DNA from: Fidelibacterota bacterium
GTDB lineage: Bacteria; Fidelibacterota; UBA2242
Assembly (NCBI GenBank): GCA_049975265.1
Contig: JBNGDF010000028.1
Coordinates: 1-33,822, forward strand
Reading direction: 5' to 3'
DNA: 33,822 nt
In this document: piece by piece, positions 27,509 through 33,822 of the stretch
How positions within the stretch are numbered: position 1 is the first letter of the stretch
How the letters are laid out: every line of letters starts with the position of its first letter
Translations under genes and position numbers: made by a program
Notes under the pieces: generated by a model
What the model was told of the DNA's origin: nothing
Databases searched by the model: none
Seen by the model: the letters and a program-made list of their open reading frames with translations, nothing else

Positions 27509-27769
27509 TTTTCCAAAAAAAGTTTACAACAATGCAGTGAAATTGGCAAGGTGTTTTCAGAATGGAGATACAAAATATGACACCACACCCTCGCTGCAGG
27601 AATCCTAGTCTGCAGCACTGGTAACGCCGTTCCCAGTCTTTGCTACGCCAACCCCGGCAGACTACGCCGTAACCCTGCAAAATTTCTGATGAATCACCGC
27701 GAACATCATTGCTTATTGAATTCATGCTCAATTAGTCTTAAAATACCTACCAAATAAAGAGTTGATTCG

Positions 27770-28120
27770 ATGCAAATTAATAAACAAAACGGAAAGACAT
27801 ACATCGCAGGATTACCAGAGCAGTCACTGATCTTGAATGAGCGTGACGCGGTTGATGTCATCGGATTTTGCGGTGAACAGGAGGCTGTCGGAATTGTGCT
27901 GTTTCCGAAAAACCTGTCTGCCGATTTTTTCGAACTGAAATCCGGAAAGCTGGGAGCGATTCTGCAAAAGTTCGTTAATTACTACTTGAAAGTCGCTCTG
28001 GTACTCTCTCCGGAATTCGTCAAAGGTCGCTTTAAAGAGTTTTCCGCCGAATCAAACCGCGGTAGTCATTTTCGTACTTTTTATGACTGCGAAAGCGCCG
28101 AAAAATGGCTGACTCTATAA
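27770..28120 (+). CDS. DUF4180 domain protein
   Basis: DFFELKSGKLGAILQKFVNY, ESNRG and AEKWL match the DUF4180 pattern. Confidence 0.82.
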   Translation: MQINKQNGKTYIAGLPEQSLILNERDAVDVIGFCGEQEAVGIVLFPKNLSADFFELKSGKLGAILQKFVNYYLKVALVLSPEFVKGRFKEFSAESNRGSHFRTFYDCESAEKWLTL

Positions 28121-28167
28121 TGATATTTTAGTGCAAATTTCAAAGAATATGATAAAAAGGAGCATTC

Positions 28168-29019
28168 ATGAACGGACACATTCCGGTTTTATTCATCGAA
28201 GGTAAATCCCTGGCGGAAGCATGGGAGAAATCGGTTCTGGAAACCTACCGAAGGGGCTGTGATATTAAAACCGAATACGATAAGCCCGATGATCCACCCA
28301 GTAAAGACTGTTCCATGACGGTTGTTATACACGATCCGCTGGCTGAACCGATGATCCACCGCGACATTCCCGCCGGACTGGAAGATTTACAAGAATACGT
28401 TCTGGAGGTTCTCGAAGGCATCAAGGACCATTGCATCCGCGATGCAGATAATCCGGACGATACCAAATGGGAATATACCTATCATCAGCGCTTGTTTGAT
28501 TACGTCGTGCCGGACATCAGCAAATCTTTCGACCAGATTGAAACAATCGCCCAAAAACTCGCCAGGGTTCCCTACACCCGGCGCGCTCAGGCGATTACCT
28601 GGAAAGTCTGGGAAGACAATACCTGCTACGATCCGCCCTGCCTGCAAAGCATCTGGTGCCGTTTACTAAAAGGCGCTGATGATGTCTGGTCTTTGAACAC
28701 TAATGTCCGTTTTCGCTCCAATGACGCCTACAAGGCTGCCTTCATGAATATGTTTGCCCTGATTCAACTGCAATGCAAAATTGCCGACCGAGTTAGCGCA
28801 TTATCCGGTAAAAAGGTACAAATCGGTCGCTATGTCCACCAAGCTGACAGCTATCACATTTACGGTTCATACTTTGATGAATTTAAAAACCGCTTTCTGA
28901 ACGCCATCGAAGCCCGTGATTTTAACCAGCGTACTTTCAACTATTCCGATGTAAAAGATATCATGGAAGAGGCGATTCCCACCATCCGGCAAAAAGCAGC
29001 CGGGATGTGTACGGAGTAA
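28168..29019 (+). CDS. Thymidylate synthase superfamily protein (archaeal-type, divergent)
   Basis: YTYHQRL, TRRAQAITW, DPPCLQ (catalytic Cys), FRSNDAYKAAFMN and HQADSYHIY; AAGGAG RBS. Confidence 0.82.
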   Translation: MNGHIPVLFIEGKSLAEAWEKSVLETYRRGCDIKTEYDKPDDPPSKDCSMTVVIHDPLAEPMIHRDIPAGLEDLQEYVLEVLEGIKDHCIRDADNPDDTKWEYTYHQRLFDYVVPDISKSFDQIETIAQKLARVPYTRRAQAITWKVWEDNTCYDPPCLQSIWCRLLKGADDVWSLNTNVRFRSNDAYKAAFMNMFALIQLQCKIADRVSALSGKKVQIGRYVHQADSYHIYGSYFDEFKNRFLNAIEARDFNQRTFNYSDVKDIMEEAIPTIRQKAAGMCTE

Positions 29020-29032
29020 CCGGTTTTTTTTA

Positions 29033-30370
29033 ATGAAATTAACCCCAAACATCCTCATCGGATTTGTCATTATGATACATTTAAATGCCTTTGAACGTAC
29101 CACTGTACATCCGGACTGGAGCCGGAATGCCTCTATTTACGAAGTCAACATCCGTCAATTTTCCGAAGCGGGCACCTTTGCTGAATTCGAAAAATATCTG
29201 CCCGAACTCCAAAAAATGGGCATTAAAATCCTCTGGCTGATGCCGATCCATCCCATTGGCGAGGTCAACCGGAAAGGCTCCCTGGGCAGTTACTATGCTG
29301 TCCGGGATTACACCGACGTAAATCCGGAATTTGGCACCAAGGCTGATTTTCGCCGCCTCGTCGAAAAAACGCATAAACTGGGCATGTATCTGATCATCGA
29401 CTGGGTTGCCAATCACGCCGCCTGGGATAACGTCTGGACCGAAACGCATATCGACTATTTTGACCGGGATTCTGCAGGTAAACACATTACCGAAGTCGGT
29501 GACTGGACGGATGTTATCGACCTGGATTACAATAATCCGGATTTGCGCCGCGCCATGACCGATGCCATGAAATACTGGGTCGTAGAATTCGATATCGACG
29601 GATTCCGTTGTGACGTTGCGGCAATGGTCCCCACGGACTTTTGGAACAGTGCCCGCCTGGAGCTGGAAACCATCAAACCGGTCTTTATGTTGGCGGAAGC
29701 TTACGAACCGGAGCTGCATGCCCAGGCATTTGATATGACCTATGCCTGGACGTTCAAAGACTGGATGAACGCTATGGCGAAAGGTAAAAAGGATGTCCGG
29801 CATCTGGACAAACTGATCGGGAAAGAACAGAAAATGTACCATCCCGATGATTACCGGATGCTGTTTGTAACCAATCACGACCTGAACTCCTGGGACGGTA
29901 CGGCGTATGAACGGCTGGGCGACGCCACCGAAATCTGTCTTGCCTTTATCTGCCTATTCCCGGGCATGCCATTGGTCTACAACGGTCAGGAAGCCGGACT
30001 GAACAAGGCGCTCTCCTTTTTTGAAAAAGATACCATCCCCTGGCAGGAACACCCGAACCGGGAACTCTTCACCCGCCTCCTGAATCTGAAACAGAATAAC
30101 GAAGCCCTTTGGAACGGTTCCGCCGGTGGTGAATTTACCCGCTTCCAAACCTCCAACGATCGACAGATATTCGCCTTTTGCCGTCAAAAAGAGCACAATA
30201 AGATCATCGCGGTTTTCAATTTTTCCAATCAGCCACAGGTCGTGAGAATCCATCACAACGAACTTAAGGGTAAGTATGTTAACGCCCTGAATGATAGCGA
30301 GTTAACACTATCAGAAAAAGCGACGTTCAGACTGAATAAATGGAATTATCTTGTCCTCGTGGCGGAATAG
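29033..30370 (+). CDS. GH13 alpha-amylase family glycoside hydrolase
   Basis: IYEVNIRQ, WLMPIHP, DWVANH, DGFRCDVA (nucleophile), MLAE (acid/base) and TNHD; short signal-like N-terminus. Confidence 0.93.
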   Translation: MKLTPNILIGFVIMIHLNAFERTTVHPDWSRNASIYEVNIRQFSEAGTFAEFEKYLPELQKMGIKILWLMPIHPIGEVNRKGSLGSYYAVRDYTDVNPEFGTKADFRRLVEKTHKLGMYLIIDWVANHAAWDNVWTETHIDYFDRDSAGKHITEVGDWTDVIDLDYNNPDLRRAMTDAMKYWVVEFDIDGFRCDVAAMVPTDFWNSARLELETIKPVFMLAEAYEPELHAQAFDMTYAWTFKDWMNAMAKGKKDVRHLDKLIGKEQKMYHPDDYRMLFVTNHDLNSWDGTAYERLGDATEICLAFICLFPGMPLVYNGQEAGLNKALSFFEKDTIPWQEHPNRELFTRLLNLKQNNEALWNGSAGGEFTRFQTSNDRQIFAFCRQKEHNKIIAVFNFSNQPQVVRIHHNELKGKYVNALNDSELTLSEKATFRLNKWNYLVLVAE

Positions 30371-30383
30371 ACAAGCAGCAGCA

Positions 30384-31511
30384 ATGCAAATCTATCCCTC
30401 ATTTACAGAAGCTGCGTTTATCCGGCGGTTAAACCGGTTCGTGATGGAGTTGGAATGTGACGGTCAGACAGTTCGGGCGTACGTTCCCAATACCGGTCGC
30501 ATGAGTGAATTCCTGGCACCCGGGCAACCCTTTTTCCTCGCTAATTCGCCACATGGGAAATTCCGGTACAAAGTCGTATCTACAAAATACCAGGGCAGCT
30601 ATGTCTTTCTCGATACGGTGCGGATCAATGATCTATTTCACCGATTGTTGACTGAACATCATCTTGCGGTACTTTTCCCCGATATCCGAGGGATCCGCAG
30701 AGAGGTTAGCGTCCTGAATTCCCGCTTCGATTTTTGTATTGAGCACAGCACAGAACCCTGCTCCTTCGTCGAAATCAAATCCTGTACGCTAGTCCACAAC
30801 CGGGTCGCCATGTTCCCGGATGCCCCAACCCTGCGCGGGCAGCGACACATCCACGAATTACAGCAGATCGGTGAAAACGGTCGCAACTGCCATGTAATCT
30901 TCCTGATTATGAACGGTTCAGCCGAATCATTTTTCCCGAACTTCCACACCGATTACGCTTACGGACTGGAATTTTTAAACGCCACCGCTGTTCATTTCCA
31001 CGCCCTGGCACTTACGCTCAACGATCCGGTCAGCGTCAATCTGTCCCGCATCCGTGAAATTCCGATTGATATTGCACTTGTCAAAGCCAATTGCATCAAT
31101 AAGGGCAATTATCTGCTTCTGATGGAAAATGGGCATGAATTTGTCCAGCCTGTCGGCAGACTGGGCAATCGCCACTTCCCGGAAGGCTACTACATCTATG
31201 TCGGTTCGGCAATGAATTCCCTCGACAGCCGCATCCGACGCCACCGTGTAAAGCATAAGAAACGGCACTGGCACATTGACTATCTGATTCCGGACAAAAT
31301 GTCCCTGAAAAAAGTGTTTCCACTCCGCAGAAACCGTTCCATCGAGTCCGTTCTGGCAAACAAACTGCTGTCAATCTCGGATAATGCTATCCTCTACTTC
31401 GGATCAAGCGACACCCGGGACGCTTCCCACCTCTTTCACTTTACCGGCAATCCGCTTCATAACCGCCGGTTTCTCGATATCTTGTTCGCTGCCCAGACCT
31501 TCACGATATAG
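30384..31511 (+). CDS. sfsA: SfsA nuclease fused to a C-terminal DUF123 (GIY-YIG-like) domain
   Basis: N-terminal FIRRLNRF, VPNTGRM, SRFDF, FVEIKSCTL and FPDAPTLRGQRH; C-terminal GYYIYVGSA, RIRRH, HWHIDYL and FGSSD..SHLF. ATG 30384 is preferred. Confidence 0.88.
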   Translation: MQIYPSFTEAAFIRRLNRFVMELECDGQTVRAYVPNTGRMSEFLAPGQPFFLANSPHGKFRYKVVSTKYQGSYVFLDTVRINDLFHRLLTEHHLAVLFPDIRGIRREVSVLNSRFDFCIEHSTEPCSFVEIKSCTLVHNRVAMFPDAPTLRGQRHIHELQQIGENGRNCHVIFLIMNGSAESFFPNFHTDYAYGLEFLNATAVHFHALALTLNDPVSVNLSRIREIPIDIALVKANCINKGNYLLLMENGHEFVQPVGRLGNRHFPEGYYIYVGSAMNSLDSRIRRHRVKHKKRHWHIDYLIPDKMSLKKVFPLRRNRSIESVLANKLLSISDNAILYFGSSDTRDASHLFHFTGNPLHNRRFLDILFAAQTFTI

Positions 31512-31616
31512 CATATCATTCCGGTCAGTCAAATAATTCTTCATTTGGTATTTGAATATTTGATATATTTTTGTTATTTGTGCGATGTAATTTGAAAAAA
31601 ACAAGGAGCCTGAAAT

Positions 31617-31820
31617 ATGGAGTGCAATCAGCCACGAAATCTGAAAAACTGCAATTGCAGCTATTCACCCTGCTCTCGAAAAGGCATCTGCTGCGAGTGT
31701 ATTCAGTATCATTTGAGAATGCGGGAACTACCTGCCTGCTGCTTCCCGGACAATGTGGAACGAACATACGACCGTTCCTTCGAAAAATTCGCTCAACTGG
31801 TTCAGAGTGGACGGGTCTAG
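31617..31820 (+). CDS. Small Cys-rich protein (DUF6485-like)
   Basis: CNCSYSPCSRKGICCECIQYH..ELPACCF..ERTYDRS; AAGGAG RBS. Confidence 0.75.
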   Translation: MECNQPRNLKNCNCSYSPCSRKGICCECIQYHLRMRELPACCFPDNVERTYDRSFEKFAQLVQSGRV

Positions 31821-31836
31821 CGATTCCAAAATCCGC

Positions 31837-31865
31837 TTGACTTTTATTGAAACAGCCTTTAAAAT
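31837..31865 (+). promoter_or_regulatory. Putative sigma70 promoter
   Basis: TTGACT (31837-42), 17 bp, TAAAAT (31860-65), upstream of the ORF at 31895. Confidence 0.55.
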
Positions 31866-31894
31866 GGAATTAAATAATAACCGGTGCATAGCCA

Positions 31895-32509
31895 ATGCTC
31901 CCGAATATAAAATTTAATTCCGCTAAAAAACCGCTTTTATCCTCAGTCTCTTTTATATCGCTGGGTCTTGTGTTTGCACTCTCCTCAATTTGCGTCGGTG
32001 ATACAATCATTTTTCACAGCGAAAAAATGACTTTTGAAGTTCATCCTGACCACTGCCACGTTTCGGGAATTTATACCTTTCGCAACGATTCGCCGGAGGC
32101 AGTGCAGAAAATGCTCTATTTGCCATTTCCCGACACTGAAAAGCTGCCGTTTCCCGACTTTATCAGCATAACCACCGGAACCAACACACCGATCGCCTAC
32201 AGAAAAAGCCTGAACGGGATTCATTTTCCGGTGGAAATTCAACCAAAAAGCACGGTCGATATCCTAATCACTTATCGACAGACAACCCCCGAAAAATGTT
32301 TTGAGTACATTCTCGATACTACGATGAAATGGCACTTTCCGCTGACGTCAGCGGAATTCATCATATTTGTTCCACCCGGAATTCAGATTGAACAACTTTC
32401 ACTGAGAAATCCCGAAATTTCTCAAAACAGTTCTGGAACCCGATATAGAATTTATCGGGAAAATTTCAGAACTGATAAAAATCTTTCATTACGATGGAGA
32501 TTAAAATGA
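31895..32509 (+). CDS. Hypothetical exported beta-rich protein (DUF4424-like)
   Basis: Hydrophobic N-terminal segment, IIFHSEK..V.GIYTFRN and FEYILDTTMKW..PL.SAEF pattern. Confidence 0.62.
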   Translation: MLPNIKFNSAKKPLLSSVSFISLGLVFALSSICVGDTIIFHSEKMTFEVHPDHCHVSGIYTFRNDSPEAVQKMLYLPFPDTEKLPFPDFISITTGTNTPIAYRKSLNGIHFPVEIQPKSTVDILITYRQTTPEKCFEYILDTTMKWHFPLTSAEFIIFVPPGIQIEQLSLRNPEISQNSSGTRYRIYRENFRTDKNLSLRWRLK

Positions 32510-33546
32510 AGCGGATCATTTTACTCGCTATTGTTTGTTTGTCATCTCAGACGATATTCGCTGATCCGGTAGACCCGGTTTACTTCAGTGAAATTCAGTT
32601 CACCGCTTCCGGTTGGATTATTGAATTTTTCCCTGCGATGGATGTTTTCGATTCTGACAGCGCATACTTGACGACAAAACAGGATACCGCCTACCTGAAA
32701 CCGGGCTGTATCAGGGCTTATGATTATTCACTGATCACACCGGACAGTCTGTTCAGCGAATTACGTATTAATCCGGAAAATGACACCATCAGACTGTATC
32801 TGAATATCTCTCAGTTCCAAATCGAACACAACTACGCCGACGACCAGCTGATCCTCGGGAATTTGCCCTTTGATTCTTCGCAATCGCTTTCCCGCAAAGT
32901 CGAATACGGCATCACCGGTACCGATTTTTGGTATCTTGACAATTCCCCGACACTCGGTTACGAGAATGACACGGAAAATGCCATGGGGATAATCAATTTT
33001 CAAATTCTTGATGAAGACGGTTTCCCAATTCCTGTTGCCGGTCTGTACCGCGGTATCCGGTTTGACGGTTCTACGTGGGGCGATACCATTTTCATTTACA
33101 CCGATTCACTCGGTGTTCTGGTTCATTATGCTTATGCCTGCAATCATCGTTTTCTTTTTATGAAAGATGGATACACCGACGCCGATACGACTTTTCTGGT
33201 CAGACCGGACAGCGTTTACAGTATCATCCTGACAATGGAATCATTGGAACAGGACATTGATTTCATCGACCGCCCAACAGCATCCCGGTTTTACCTTTCA
33301 CCCCCCTACCCGAATCCTTTCAACAATTCCACCACATTCAGCTACAGGTTACCTGAGGAAGGATTTGTGATTTTATCCGTCTATTCTATTGCCGGCGGAC
33401 AGGTTGCCGAGCTCTTCCACGGCTATCGCTATGCCGGTGATTACCAAGTCAAATGGAATGCGGAGGGACTATCATCGGGGATTTATATCATTCATTTAAT
33501 ATCAAACCGAAATTCTGTTCAGCGCAAATCCATCCTGCTAAAATAA
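32506..33546 (+). CDS. Secreted protein with T9SS/Por-type C-terminal sorting domain
   Basis: Signal peptide MKRIILLAIVCLSSQTIFA and C-terminal YPNPFN..T.FSY.L..V.L.VY...G..V.....WNA.GLSSGIYII.L......K.ILLK; ATGA overlap with the previous gene. Confidence 0.85.
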   Translation: MKRIILLAIVCLSSQTIFADPVDPVYFSEIQFTASGWIIEFFPAMDVFDSDSAYLTTKQDTAYLKPGCIRAYDYSLITPDSLFSELRINPENDTIRLYLNISQFQIEHNYADDQLILGNLPFDSSQSLSRKVEYGITGTDFWYLDNSPTLGYENDTENAMGIINFQILDEDGFPIPVAGLYRGIRFDGSTWGDTIFIYTDSLGVLVHYAYACNHRFLFMKDGYTDADTTFLVRPDSVYSIILTMESLEQDIDFIDRPTASRFYLSPPYPNPFNNSTTFSYRLPEEGFVILSVYSIAGGQVAELFHGYRYAGDYQVKWNAEGLSSGIYIIHLISNRNSVQRKSILLK

Positions 33547-33564
33547 TCAAAAGGACAAAATCCA

Positions 33565-33822
33565 CTGAATAAACTGTTACTTCTCATTGTCTTATTGTCG
33601 TTATCATTGTCAGCCATTCAGATAACTTTGAACAATTCAATTAATCTCACCGGTAATATCAGATCCATAGATAACGATTACTTATATCTCGAAAACGGTG
33701 ATATTTTATTTATTATTGATCGGGATATAATCGCAACGGTTGACGGTGACGATGCCAAACCAATTTTATCAGAGTTATCAGGAAAAAGGTATCATCGCAT
33801 TAATTTTAATTCTTTTACCAAT
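33565..33822 (+). CDS. Partial hypothetical secreted protein (runs off the window; apparent CTG start)
   Basis: Hand translation (L/M)NKLLLLIVLLSLSLSAIQITLNNSINLTGNIRSIDNDYLYLENG... gives 86 open codons to the edge; AAGGA lies 9 nt upstream of the CTG. Confidence 0.6.
   Translation, partial: MNKLLLLIVLLSLSLSAIQITLNNSINLTGNIRSIDNDYLYLENGDILFIIDRDIIATVDGDDAKPILSELSGKRYHRINFNSFTN

Noticed and set aside
27590..27680. Small hairpins (GCTGCAG/CTGCAGC, ACTGG/CCAGT) and repeated (C)TACGCC in the polA divergent intergenic region as an ncRNA or riboswitch
   Set aside because: The stems are short and match no riboswitch consensus I recognise; support is insufficient.
29081..29878. 265-aa antisense ORF, and similar shadows such as 560-1339, 4522-5055, 7850-8305 and 17592-18140
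   Set aside because: They lie wholly opposite well-supported genes and have no recognisable motifs.
31571..31840. 89-aa ORF overlapping the Cys-rich gene
   Set aside because: The alternative frame 31617-31820 has the RBS and the recognisable Cys pattern.

Overview
Bacterial chromosomal segment, probably from an FCB-group-type Gram-negative lineage (inferred from a T9SS/Por-type C-terminal sorting domain, a TonB-dependent receptor and a Bacteroidota-like ampG/lytB locus). Left to right: (1) 5' part of a FadL-like outer-membrane transporter. (2) A minus-strand peptidoglycan turnover/salvage cluster: GT2, ROK-like kinase, SpoIID/LytB, AmpG-like permease with a large inserted domain, Na+:solute symporter and a degenerate NamZ/DUF1343. 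(3) A TonB-dependent receptor. (4) A long ArsR-controlled arsenic-resistance/thiol-redox operon: arsR, DUF318 permease, arsC, two thioredoxin-fold proteins, ccdA, acr3, split permease, cupin and a Cys-rich ORF. (5) A hairpin-dense intergenic region and a frameshifted membrane protein gene. (6) A polA operon: polA, ABC-2 exporter, NDT-like protein, DUF559, alr. (7) DUF4180, an archaeal-type thymidylate synthase homologue, a GH13 amylase, an SfsA-DUF123 fusion and secreted proteins. The most unusual feature is a ~770-bp cassette inside the ars operon: a GxxExxY PD-(D/E)XK nuclease gene with 34-bp-period repeat arrays on both sides and an inverted copy at the left end. A second small nuclease gene (DUF559) is bracketed by its own 31-bp palindromic inverted repeats. 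No rRNA, tRNA, canonical CRISPR array or transposase was recognised. All family assignments are from motif recognition by eye; no database search was run.
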